Origin: Sphingopyxis sp.
Lineage (GTDB): Bacteria > Pseudomonadota > Alphaproteobacteria > Sphingomonadales > Sphingomonadaceae
DNA: 64,000 bases
Direction: 5' to 3'
Assembly (NCBI RefSeq): GCF_035686825.1
Contig: NZ_DASRYZ010000006.1
Coordinates: forward strand, 246,126-310,125
In this document: positions 37,030-46,201 of the stretch, in pieces
Numbering within the stretch: position 1 is the first letter of the stretch
How the letters are laid out: the number at the start of each line of letters is the position of its first letter
Program-made: the position numbers and the translations under genes
Notes under the pieces: model-generated
What the model was told of the DNA's origin: nothing
The model's input: the letters and a program-made list of their open reading frames with translations, nothing else
The model's database searches: none

Positions 37030-38418
37030 ATGGCGGAGCGGCGGGTGTTTGCGGGGCCGGCGGTGCGCAAGGCGCGGCGCGAGGCGGGGATGACCCAAGC
37101 CGCCATGGCCGAGGCGCTCGACATTTCGCCGAGCTATCTCAACCTGATCGAGCATGGGCAGCGGCCGCTCAGCGCGACGGTGATCGTGCGGCTGGCCGAG
37201 CGGTTCGGGTTCGATGCGGCAAAGTTGGGGGCGGAAGAACTGCCGGGCGGGCTCGCGGGGCTGCGGCGGCGGCTTGCCGATCCGCGCTTTGCCGATCTCG
37301 GCATCGGGGCGCACGAGGTCGAGGAATGGTTGCAGACCGCGCCGGCGACCGCGGCCGCGTTCGCGCGATTGTTCGATGCGGCGCCCGAGGGGCGCTCGGA
37401 AGGCGAAGGCGACGCGCCCGAAGTCGCCGCGGTGCGCCGCGCGATCGAGAAATGGCGCAACCATTTCCCCGACCTCGACGCGCGCGCCGAGGAGCTGGCC
37501 GACGAGCTGCGGCTCGCGGGCGGCGATCTTTACGGCACGATTTCGGAGCGGTTGCGCACGCGCCACCAACTCGGCATCCGCATCCTGCCGTCGGACGTGA
37601 TGCCCGACCGGCTGCGCTGGCTCGACTGGCACGCGCGGCAGCTGATGCTCAACGAACTGCTCCGCCCCGCGTCGCGCACCTTTCAGGCGGCGGCGACGCT
37701 CGCGCAGATCGAGGCGAAGGGCGAGATCGATGCGCTCGTCGCGGGCGCCGAATTCGCCGAGACCGCGGCGGCGCGGCTGTTCGAGCGGCATTTGATCCAA
37801 TATTTCGCCGCGGCGCTGATGATGCCCTATGGTCGCTTCCTGCGCGCGTGCGATGCGACGGGATATGATCTGCTGCTGCTCCAGCGGCGCTTCGGCGCGG
37901 GATATGAACAGGTCGCGCACCGGCTGACGACCTTGCAGCGCGTCGGCGCGCGCGGGCTGCCCTTCTTCATGCTGCGCATCGACCGCGCGGGGCAGGGGAG
38001 CAAACGCTATGCCGGGGCGAGCCAGTCGCCGCTCGTCGATGGCGACGCGCGCTGCCCGCTGTGGGGGGTGCATGAGGCGTTCGCGCGGCCGGGCGAGGTG
38101 GTCGCCGACCTCGTCGAGCTGGAGGACGGGTCGCGCTGGTTCACCCAGTCGCGCTCGGTCGCCGCGCCGGGCGCCACCGGGAGCGGGACGCCCGCGCGGT
38201 TCGCCGTGAGCATCGGCGTCGACGCCAAGGTCGCCGCGCCGCTCATCGCCGCGCGCGGGATCGACCTGATGCGCACGCCCGCGACACCGATCGGGCTCGG
38301 GTGCCGGCGCTGCACGCGCACCGGCTGCGTCCAGCGGTCGATGCCCCCCTTGGGACGTCCGCTGCGGTTCAGGGAGGGCGAGCGCGGGGTGAGCGCGTTC
38401 GATTTCGCGGGGGACTAG
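37030..38418 (+). CDS. XRE-family HTH regulator with a C-terminal ImmA/IrrE-like domain plus DUF2083-type domain (RamB/short-chain fatty acyl-CoA regulator-like)
   Basis: 462 aa. N-terminal HTH (LRKARREAGMTQAAMAEALDISPSYLNLIEHGQRP). It is divergent from aceA, as with RamB next to icl in actinobacteria. Confidence 0.85.
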   Translation: MAERRVFAGPAVRKARREAGMTQAAMAEALDISPSYLNLIEHGQRPLSATVIVRLAERFGFDAAKLGAEELPGGLAGLRRRLADPRFADLGIGAHEVEEWLQTAPATAAAFARLFDAAPEGRSEGEGDAPEVAAVRRAIEKWRNHFPDLDARAEELADELRLAGGDLYGTISERLRTRHQLGIRILPSDVMPDRLRWLDWHARQLMLNELLRPASRTFQAAATLAQIEAKGEIDALVAGAEFAETAAARLFERHLIQYFAAALMMPYGRFLRACDATGYDLLLLQRRFGAGYEQVAHRLTTLQRVGARGLPFFMLRIDRAGQGSKRYAGASQSPLVDGDARCPLWGVHEAFARPGEVVADLVELEDGSRWFTQSRSVAAPGATGSGTPARFAVSIGVDAKVAAPLIAARGIDLMRTPATPIGLGCRRCTRTGCVQRSMPPLGRPLRFREGERGVSAFDFAGD

Positions 38419-38526
38419 GGCCCAGACCCAAGGTTAACCGCTCGTTACGGGCGCGCTTAAAGTGCCCCATTGACTGCCGTATTGGGAAAGGTGCGTGTCT
38501 GTCAGGCGGCCGCAACGGGACCCGAA

Positions 38527-39831
38527 ATGCTTGTAAGAATTCAGCCACAGGATGTCGAAATCGGAATGTTCGTCCGCGCCTTTGAAGGGTCGTGGTTCGA
38601 TCACCCCTTCTGGCGGAGCAATTTCCGGATCGAAACCGCCGAGCAGCTGGAGCGCATTCGCAATTCGGGTATCGAGGCGCTGATGATCGATGCCGAGCGC
38701 GGGGCCGTTCCGCCGCCCGAGCGCCACGCGGGCGAGCGCGTCGAGATGCCGCGCCGAACCTCTTTGCGATCGCGGGCGAGGCCGCTGGCCACTGTTTTGA
38801 AATCCCGGTCCAGAACGACTTTCGCGGCGTCCGATTCGGGGGATCGCGCCGCCCCGCGGCCCCGCCGCGGCTATGCCGGCGAATGCCGCCGCGCGGCGCA
38901 GGTGATCGACCGGACGCGCGGGGCCGTCACCAACATGTTCGAGGCCGCGCGCCTCGGCCGGGCGGTCGAGGTCAAGAAGATGGTGCGCCTCGCAAGCGCG
39001 ATCGGCGCGTCGATCGAGCGCGACGCCAAGGCGCTGATCAACCTCGTCCGCCTCAAGGAAAAGGACGAATATACCTATCTTCATTCGGTCGCGGTCTGCG
39101 CGCTGATGATCAATTTCGCCCGCCACCTCGAGCTCGATGCGCAGCAGGTCGAGGATTTGGGGGTCGCTGGACTGCTCCACGACGTCGGCAAGGTTGCGGT
39201 CTCGGATGAGATACTGAACAAGCCCGGCGGGCTTTCGAAAGGCGAAATGCGGTCGGTCCGGGGACATCCGGCGGCGGGGCATCGGCTGCTCGAAAGCTCG
39301 CCCGGGACGCCGACGCTGGCGCTCGAACTCTGTCTGCGGCACCATGAGAAGATCGACGGCAGCGGCTATCCCGGCGGGTTGAAAGGCGAAGAGCTGTCGC
39401 TCGCCGCGCGCATGGGTGCGATCTGCGACGTGTATGACGCGGTGACGTCGAACCGCCCGTACAAGCGGGCGTGGACGCCGTGCGAAGCACTGACCGAGAT
39501 GCGGAAATGGGAGGGGCATTTCGATCCCGTTCTGCTCGACCGTTTCGCCGACAGCTTGGGAATCTATGCCAGCGGAACGCTGGTGCGGCTGTCGACCGGC
39601 GAGTTGGCGATTGTCGTCGGCAGCGCCGGTGCGGCGGGCGAGGATATCGTCGTGCGCGCCTTTTTCGACTGCGGCGCGCTCGCCGAAATCGAGCCCGTCG
39701 ACCGCGCGATCGCGCCGTCGGCCGAACATCCCCGGATCATCGGCCGCGACAGCCCGACCTTCTGGCGCTTCGCCGACTGGGACGTTTTGCGCCACCGGAT
39801 ACTCGCGGCAAACGTCGCGCCGGCGCTCTAG
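38527..39831 (+). CDS. HD-GYP domain protein (putative c-di-GMP phosphodiesterase) with a DUF3391-like N-terminus
   Basis: Met20 of track ORF 38470-39831 gives MLVRIQPQDVEIGMFV. HD motif LLHDVGK and GYP motif HHEKIDGSGYPGG. Confidence 0.85.
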   Translation: MLVRIQPQDVEIGMFVRAFEGSWFDHPFWRSNFRIETAEQLERIRNSGIEALMIDAERGAVPPPERHAGERVEMPRRTSLRSRARPLATVLKSRSRTTFAASDSGDRAAPRPRRGYAGECRRAAQVIDRTRGAVTNMFEAARLGRAVEVKKMVRLASAIGASIERDAKALINLVRLKEKDEYTYLHSVAVCALMINFARHLELDAQQVEDLGVAGLLHDVGKVAVSDEILNKPGGLSKGEMRSVRGHPAAGHRLLESSPGTPTLALELCLRHHEKIDGSGYPGGLKGEELSLAARMGAICDVYDAVTSNRPYKRAWTPCEALTEMRKWEGHFDPVLLDRFADSLGIYASGTLVRLSTGELAIVVGSAGAAGEDIVVRAFFDCGALAEIEPVDRAIAPSAEHPRIIGRDSPTFWRFADWDVLRHRILAANVAPAL

Positions 39832-39917
39832 GATCGCCGGGCACTCGGCGGTCCGCCGCCCCCGCATCCTTTCACGCGCCGGATCGTTGATCCTTCTCGA
39901 ACCCGGGAGGACAATTT

Positions 39918-40982
39918 TTGAAACGCCTATCCATTCTGCCGTGCCTGCTGTTGATCGCCGGCTGCAATTCCGCCCCCCAAGATACGGATTCCAAACAGAA
40001 AACGGCGGTCGCGCCCGACGCCGACAGTTTGCGCTTCGAGGATGCGAAGACCGAGGCGGCGCCCTTCGCCGCGCCGCCGACGTTCCGCGCGCAGGTCCTG
40101 CTCGACCATCTCGGCTTCTCGCCCGGCGTGATCGACGGGAAGGAAGGGCAGTCCTATGTCGCCGCGCTGCGCGGTTTCCAGAAAGCGCGCGGGCTCGACG
40201 AAAGCGGCAAGCTCGACGCGGCGACCGAACAGGCCTTGCTGCAAGGGCGCGATATTCCCGCGACCCGGATGGTCATCATCCCCGCGGGCTTTGCGAAGGG
40301 GCCGTTCGTCCCGGCCTTTCCGAAAGACGCCGCCGATCAGGCCAAATTGCCCGCGCTCGGCTATCGCAATCTCACCGAAGCGCTTGCCGAGCGTTTCCAC
40401 ACGACCCCCGAAACGCTGGTCGCGCTCAACAGCCCGTCGACGCTGGTCGGCGCGGGGCGCCCTTTTCGCGTTCCCAACATCCCCGACGTCGATGTCCCGA
40501 AAACGGGCGATGATCCGCGCGGCTGGAACGGCACGCTCGAACGGCTGGGCGTCGCGCCGGAGCAGCTTGCCGCCGCGAAGATCGTCGTCGACAAATCGGA
40601 GGGCGTGCTGAAAGTCTATGACGACGCCGACCGGCTCGTCGGGCAATTCCCCGCGACGATGGGCAGCCGCCACGACCCGCTGCCGATCGGAAAATGGGAG
40701 ATAAAGGGCGTCAGCCGCAACCCCGACTTTCACTATAATCCCAAGCTGTTCTGGGACGTGAGCGACAATAAGGAGGCGAAGTTGCTGCAGCCCGGGCCGA
40801 ACAGCCCGGTGGGCGTCGTGTGGATCGATCTCAGCAAGCCGCATTACGGCATTCACGGAACGAGCGAACCGCACACGATCGGGCGTGCGGAGAGCCATGG
40901 CTGCGTCCGGCTGACCAATTGGGACGCCGCGCGCGTCGCACAGATGGTCAAACCCGGCACGCCGGCGATCTTCCAGAATTAG
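39918..40982 (+). CDS. L,D-transpeptidase (YkuD) lipoprotein with a peptidoglycan-binding domain
   Basis: Lipobox LLLIAGC, PG-binding-like repeat (ALRGFQKARGLDESGKLD), and catalytic motif SHGCVRL. Confidence 0.88.
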   Translation: MKRLSILPCLLLIAGCNSAPQDTDSKQKTAVAPDADSLRFEDAKTEAAPFAAPPTFRAQVLLDHLGFSPGVIDGKEGQSYVAALRGFQKARGLDESGKLDAATEQALLQGRDIPATRMVIIPAGFAKGPFVPAFPKDAADQAKLPALGYRNLTEALAERFHTTPETLVALNSPSTLVGAGRPFRVPNIPDVDVPKTGDDPRGWNGTLERLGVAPEQLAAAKIVVDKSEGVLKVYDDADRLVGQFPATMGSRHDPLPIGKWEIKGVSRNPDFHYNPKLFWDVSDNKEAKLLQPGPNSPVGVVWIDLSKPHYGIHGTSEPHTIGRAESHGCVRLTNWDAARVAQMVKPGTPAIFQN

Positions 40983-41042
40983 AGCGAGCGCGATCGGCGG
41001 CGGGAAGCCCTTCGCCTGTTCGAGCAGGCGAAGGGCTCAGGA

Positions 41043-42884
41043 TCAGGCCTTTTGCGCGGCGGTCCAGCGGGTGATCACCGATTCGAGCACCTCGATCGGC
41101 ATCGCGCCCGCCGCGAGCGCGGTGTCGTGGAAACCGCGCAGGTCGAACTTGTCGCCGAGGACGGCCTTCGCCTGTTCGCGGATGCGGACCCAGCTCGTTT
41201 GGCCGACCATGTAGCTCGTCGCCTGGCCGGGCCACACGCAATAACGCTCGATCTCGGTAATGTTCGACGGTTCGGGGGTGCCGAGCGTCTCGTTATAATA
41301 TTGGATCGCCTTCTCGCGCGTCCATTTATAGTGGTGGAGGCCGGTGTCGGCGACGAGACGGGCGGCGCGGAACATATAGGATTGCAGATAGCCGAGGCGG
41401 CCCCACGGGTCATTTTCATAGACCCCCATCTCGTCGGCGAGCTGTTCGGCGTAGAGGCCCCAGCCTTCGGTATAGACCGAATAAGCGGGAAGGCGGCGGA
41501 GACGCGGGATGCCCTCGGCCTCCTGCGCGAGCGCGATCTGGTGGTGATGGCCGGGCGAGGCTTCGTGATAGGTGAGCGTCGGCAGCGTCCAGCTCGGATT
41601 TTCGGCGGTATCGCGCAGGTTGATATAATAGGCGCCGGGGCGCGAGCCGTCGAGCGCGGGGATCTGGTAATAGCCCCCGGTCGCGCCATCCTCGATATCG
41701 GCGGGGACGCGGCGGATCTCGACCTTCGCCTTCGGCAGGCGGCCGAACGCTTCGGGGAGGCGCGCCTGAATCGCCTGCATCTGGGCATTGAGTTCGGCGA
41801 TCAGCTTCGCCTTGCCCTCGTCGGTGTTGGGGTAGAGGAAGCGCGGGTCCTTGCCGAGTGCGCGCATCCGTTCGGCGACCGTGCCCTTGGTCATGCCCTG
41901 CGCCTTGAAGATCGCGTCGGCGCGCGCGCTCAAATCAGCGACGCGGTCGAGCCCGAGCTTGTGCACCTCCTCGGCCGACATGCCCGTCGTCGTCGCATAG
42001 CGCAGCGCATAGGCATAATATTCGTCGCCCTTCGGCAGGCGCCACACGCCCGCGTCGTGGGTCGCGCGCGGGCGGGCGGCGCGGAGTTCGTCGGCCTGGC
42101 GGCGCATCGCGGGATAGATTTTGCCTTCGACGATCGCGGCGCAGCGTTTCGTCCAGTCGCCGGGGATGTCCTTCGTCTTCGCAGCGAGATTCTTCGTCAG
42201 CCCGTTGGCGTCGGCGGCGGGCGCCCAGATGCGGTCGAACTGGCCGAGTGTGCGGTCGATGACGAAGTCGGGAGGGATGATGCCGCCCGCATGATCGGCC
42301 TTGATGCGCCCCGTCTCGTTATCGAGCTGGACCGCGAAATCGGCGCAGCGCGCGAGATACGCCTCGGCATCGGCGGCGTTCGCGATGCTGTGCTGGTTGA
42401 TCAGGAAGTCGGGGATCGAGCGGTACGTGCCGCTCAATTGGGTCACCGGATGCGGTTCGGGCCAGCTGTGGAGGCCGTAATCGAACGTGTCATACGCCTT
42501 GACGAAATGCTCCCACGGCCCGCGGAAGGTGTCGTAGTTGACGAGGTCCATGCCCGAAAGCTTTGACGTATCAATCTTTTTGAGTTCGGCGAGGCCGTCA
42601 CGATAAAGCTGGTGGCTTTGCTTGATGCCCGCGGGCGAGCGGTCGTCGAGTTTCGCCTTGAGCGGCAGGCGGGCGTCCTTGTCTAGCCCGAGCGCGGTCG
42701 CGAATTCGGGGCTTTCATCGACCATCCTGTCGTAGAAGCGATCGTAGATGGCGGTGAGCTTCGCGCCTTCGCCGCTCGCCGCCTGGCCGGTATGCGCGGC
42801 GGCGGGGGTGCGGATGCCCGCGAGCGCGGAGGTCGCGGCGAGGGTGGCGATGAGAGTGCGGCGGTCGAGCATGGTCGTCTCCAA
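41043..42884 (-). CDS. DUF885 family protein with a Tat-type signal
   Basis: 613 aa. Twin-arginine-like N-terminus MLDRRTLIATLAATSALAG and the conserved HEASPGHHHQ region typical of DUF885. Confidence 0.85.
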   Translation of the reverse strand: METTMLDRRTLIATLAATSALAGIRTPAAAHTGQAASGEGAKLTAIYDRFYDRMVDESPEFATALGLDKDARLPLKAKLDDRSPAGIKQSHQLYRDGLAELKKIDTSKLSGMDLVNYDTFRGPWEHFVKAYDTFDYGLHSWPEPHPVTQLSGTYRSIPDFLINQHSIANAADAEAYLARCADFAVQLDNETGRIKADHAGGIIPPDFVIDRTLGQFDRIWAPAADANGLTKNLAAKTKDIPGDWTKRCAAIVEGKIYPAMRRQADELRAARPRATHDAGVWRLPKGDEYYAYALRYATTTGMSAEEVHKLGLDRVADLSARADAIFKAQGMTKGTVAERMRALGKDPRFLYPNTDEGKAKLIAELNAQMQAIQARLPEAFGRLPKAKVEIRRVPADIEDGATGGYYQIPALDGSRPGAYYINLRDTAENPSWTLPTLTYHEASPGHHHQIALAQEAEGIPRLRRLPAYSVYTEGWGLYAEQLADEMGVYENDPWGRLGYLQSYMFRAARLVADTGLHHYKWTREKAIQYYNETLGTPEPSNITEIERYCVWPGQATSYMVGQTSWVRIREQAKAVLGDKFDLRGFHDTALAAGAMPIEVLESVITRWTAAQKA

Positions 42885-42904
42885 TGAGGTGTGTTGCCCG
42901 GTTG

Positions 42905-43636
42905 CTACACGTAGAGTTCAGCCTTGTCTTGTATCGATTTGACGTCGGGCACCATGCGGCGCCACGCGCCCGGCGTCGCGCCGCTGAGCCGCGCGACGGC
43001 GTGCGTCATATGCGCCTGGTCGGTGAAATGGAGTCGGTGCGCGATGTCGGAGAGCGGCTCGGCGCCCGCGCGGATCGCCGCCAGCGCGGCGCGGACGCGG
43101 GCGTCGGCGCGATAGGCCTTGGGGGTGCAGCCATAGGCCAGGCGAAAGCCGCGGCTCAATGTTTCGGCGCGCACGCCGGTGCGCTCGGCCCATTCGCCGA
43201 GCCGGACGGGCATGCCGCCGCGCAGGTCGCGCGCGAGGAGATCGGGCCAGTCGAGCGCGGCGTCGGGCGCCGGGACGAACTGTTCGGCGAAGGCGGCCGC
43301 GGCGGCGCGCGGGTCGCGCGCGGCGAGGCGGACGAGCGCGTCGGGATCGCCGACGCGGCCGCGGACATGCGCGCTCGCCGCGAGTTCGGCGGGCAGGCCG
43401 AGCACGAGGACGCGCGCGCCCTTTGCCTCGACGCGGTCGAGATGCGATTCGAACGGATGGTGGATCAGCGCGTCGCCGGGTCTGACATCGAAACGCCCTT
43501 CGTCGCCCGCTTCCTGATAGCCCCCTTCGAGCACCACGGCGACGAAGGCATCGTCGTGGCAGTGGCGCGCGCGCAGCTCGTTCGGATGATGGTCGAGCAG
43601 CCCGAGCGGAGCGTCAGCGAAATGGGGCGACCCCAT
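42905..43636 (-). CDS. AraC family transcriptional regulator
   Basis: 243 aa. N-terminal cupin-like half and a C-terminal double HTH (IAHRLHFTDQAHMTHAVARLSGATPGAWRR). Confidence 0.8.
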   Translation of the reverse strand: MGSPHFADAPLGLLDHHPNELRARHCHDDAFVAVVLEGGYQEAGDEGRFDVRPGDALIHHPFESHLDRVEAKGARVLVLGLPAELAASAHVRGRVGDPDALVRLAARDPRAAAAAFAEQFVPAPDAALDWPDLLARDLRGGMPVRLGEWAERTGVRAETLSRGFRLAYGCTPKAYRADARVRAALAAIRAGAEPLSDIAHRLHFTDQAHMTHAVARLSGATPGAWRRMVPDVKSIQDKAELYV

Positions 43637-43640
43637 CGAT

Positions 43641-44687
43641 CTATTCGCGCGCCTTGGCGGCGGCGCGGACTTCCTGCGAGCGTTCGAGCGGGATGACCAA
43701 TATGTCGTCGCCGTCGACGATTACGGCAATATTGTCCATGCCGAGGATCGACACGCGCTTGTCGCCGGCGCGGATAAGATTGCCGCGGCTGTCGTGCAGA
43801 AAGGTGTCGCCGGTCACCGCATTGTCGGCCGCGTCCTTTTCGGCGAGGGCGTGGATCGTGTGCCAGCAGCCGAGGTCGGACCAGCCCATCGCGACGGGGA
43901 CGACCGCGACGCGATCATCCTTTTCCATCACGGCATAATCGATCGAGTCCGACGGCGCCCTGGCGAACTCGATGGCGTCGGCATAGAGCGCGTCGCCGTC
44001 GCGCATTCCGGCGGCAACGGCCTTGTCGGCCGCCTCGAAGATCGCGCGGCAATGGGTGAGCATCGCATCGCGCATCCGCGCGGCGCGGAACAGGAAGATG
44101 CCGGCATTCCAGCTGTAGCCGCCCGCCGCCAACATCGCCTCGGCATCGGCGAGCGGGGGCTTTTCGACGAAGCGGTCGACCGCGAAGCCCCAATTTTCGT
44201 CGGCGCCGCCGAGCGCCTCGCCGGCGGCAATATAGCCGAAGCCGGTTTCGGGGCTGTCGGGGGTGATGCCGAAGGTGACGATCCAGTCCTGCTGCGCGAG
44301 GCGCACCCCCTTGGCGATCGCGGTATGGAAGGCGGGGACGTCGGCGATGACATGGTCGCTCGGCATCACGAGCAATAGCGTGTCGGCGTCGGCCTGCGCG
44401 ACCGCGAGGGCGATCGCGGCGGCGGTGTTGCGCGGCATCGGCTCGACGAGCAGCATTTCCTCGCGGTCGTTCATCTGTTCGCGCACCATCGCGACATGGC
44501 CGTCGCCGCACAGCACGACAGGCGGCAGGAAAGCGGGGCCCGCCGGGGTGCGCTCGACGGTCTGGCGGAACAGGCTGCGCTGCCCGTGGAGCAGCAGGAA
44601 CTGCTTGGCGCGGGTGCCGCGCGATTCGGGCCACAGGCGCGTGCCCGCGCCGCCGCACAATATGACAGGCTGGATCATGGTGGTCAT
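43641..44687 (-). CDS. Mannose-1-phosphate guanylyltransferase (nucleotidyltransferase-only form)
   Basis: 348 aa with the N-terminal PVILCGGAGTRLWPESR nucleotidyltransferase motif. Confidence 0.85.
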   Translation of the reverse strand: MTTMIQPVILCGGAGTRLWPESRGTRAKQFLLLHGQRSLFRQTVERTPAGPAFLPPVVLCGDGHVAMVREQMNDREEMLLVEPMPRNTAAAIALAVAQADADTLLLVMPSDHVIADVPAFHTAIAKGVRLAQQDWIVTFGITPDSPETGFGYIAAGEALGGADENWGFAVDRFVEKPPLADAEAMLAAGGYSWNAGIFLFRAARMRDAMLTHCRAIFEAADKAVAAGMRDGDALYADAIEFARAPSDSIDYAVMEKDDRVAVVPVAMGWSDLGCWHTIHALAEKDAADNAVTGDTFLHDSRGNLIRAGDKRVSILGMDNIAVIVDGDDILVIPLERSQEVRAAAKARE

Positions 44688-44812
44688 GCGATCAGCCTAT
44701 CGCACGATATGAAGGAAAAGACACAAGATGATGCAATGGGTGAGTGTAAAATTAACCGACAGTTGACGCCTCGGATGTAGTATTGCGCCGGCGAAAGGTT
44801 TGCGATTTTTCC

Positions 44813-46201
44813 ATGTTCCGGCTGTTCAAACATTATGTTCCGCACGCCGTCGTCTGGCTGGCGCTGATCGAATTTTTCGCGCTGCTCGGTTCGGCCGAGG
44901 GGGCGTGGCACCTTTACGCGCATCAGGCGGGGTTCGATGCCGGGCCGCTGGCGAGCCGCTGGCTGCCGCTCCTGACCTTCGGCGTGTCCAATTCGCTCGC
45001 GATGATGGCGACCGGAATGTACGGGAACGAGGGGCTGCGCTCGATGCGCTTTGCGACCGCGCGCCTGCTCGCGGCGATTTCGCTCGGGGTGATCTTTTTG
45101 TCGGTGCTGGGGTTCCTGTTGCCGACGGCGACGCTGTGGCGCGCGAACAGCCTCTATGCGATGGTCTTCGCCATCGGCGCGCTGTTCGTGATCCGGCTCG
45201 CGCTGACGCAGTCGGCGGGAACCGAAGCCTTTCGTCGGCGAATTTTGGTGCTGGGCGCGGGACCGCGTGCGGCGCGGCTCGCGGCGCTCGCCGACGCGCC
45301 GGGGAGCGGGCTCGAGATGGTCGGTTTCGTCGCGATGAGCGCCAATGAAAAGGCGGTAGCCGGCGCGATCCCTCGCGAGGCGATCGCCAATCTGTCGGAG
45401 CATGTCGTGATGCTGCGCGCCGGCGAAGTCGTGCTCGCGCTCGAGGAACGGCGCAACGCGCTGCCGCTTAACGACCTGCTCCGCGTCAAGACGACGGGGG
45501 TGCATGTCAACGACATCGCGAGCTTCATCGAACGTGAGACGGGACGCGTCGACCTGGCAACGACGAACCCGAGCGGCCTCATCTTTTCGGACGGCTTTTC
45601 GGCGGGGCAGCGGATTTCGAAGGTGGGCAAACGCCTGTTCGACATCCTTGCCAGCCTGATCGTGCTCATCGTCGGGCTACCGCTGATCATCGTCGCGGGA
45701 ATCGCGGTGGTTCTCGATAGCCGCGGGCCGGTTTTCTATCGTCAGCCGCGCGTCGGACTGTTCGGCGAGACTTATGACATCTTCAAGATCCGTTCGATGC
45801 GTATCGATGCCGAAGCGTCGGGCAAGGCGGTGTGGGCAAGCGAAAACGACCCGCGCGTTACCCGCGTCGGCCGGATCATCCGCAAGCTGCGCATCGACGA
45901 GCTACCGCAGACCTGGTGCGTGCTGAAGGGCGACATGAGCTTTGTCGGGCCGCGCCCCGAACGGCCGAGCTTCGTCGGAGAGCTCGAGAAAAAGCTGCCC
46001 TATTATGCCGAGCGCCACATGGTGAAGCCCGGCCTGACCGGCTGGGCCCAGATCAACTATCCCTATGGTGCGTCGGTCGAAGATTCGCGCGTGAAGCTGG
46101 AATATGACCTCTATTACGCCAAAAATTATTCGCCTTTCCTCGACCTGTTGATCCTGCTCCAGACGGTGCGCGTCGTGCTGTGGCCGGAGGGCGCAAGGTA
46201 G
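44813..46201 (+). CDS. PEP-CTERM/exosortase-system-associated bacterial sugar transferase (undecaprenyl-phosphate glycosyl-1-phosphate transferase type)
   Basis: I place the start at Met11 of the track ORF (MFRLFKHYVP). N-terminal TM block, a Rossmann-like middle, and a C-terminal Bac_transf domain (KRLFDILASL...LPQTWCVLKGDMSFVGPRPE). It lies immediately upstream of prsK/R/T. Confidence 0.85.
   Translation: MFRLFKHYVPHAVVWLALIEFFALLGSAEGAWHLYAHQAGFDAGPLASRWLPLLTFGVSNSLAMMATGMYGNEGLRSMRFATARLLAAISLGVIFLSVLGFLLPTATLWRANSLYAMVFAIGALFVIRLALTQSAGTEAFRRRILVLGAGPRAARLAALADAPGSGLEMVGFVAMSANEKAVAGAIPREAIANLSEHVVMLRAGEVVLALEERRNALPLNDLLRVKTTGVHVNDIASFIERETGRVDLATTNPSGLIFSDGFSAGQRISKVGKRLFDILASLIVLIVGLPLIIVAGIAVVLDSRGPVFYRQPRVGLFGETYDIFKIRSMRIDAEASGKAVWASENDPRVTRVGRIIRKLRIDELPQTWCVLKGDMSFVGPRPERPSFVGELEKKLPYYAERHMVKPGLTGWAQINYPYGASVEDSRVKLEYDLYYAKNYSPFLDLLILLQTVRVVLWPEGAR

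Noticed and set aside
38434-38448. The CtrA-box-like TTAA-N7-TTAC upstream of the HD-GYP gene. The GGTTAACC octamer also occurs at 29745.
   Set aside because: It has one mismatch to TTAA-N7-TTAA. AT-tetramer pairs are easy to find by chance in promoter regions. I have no way to assess conservation here.
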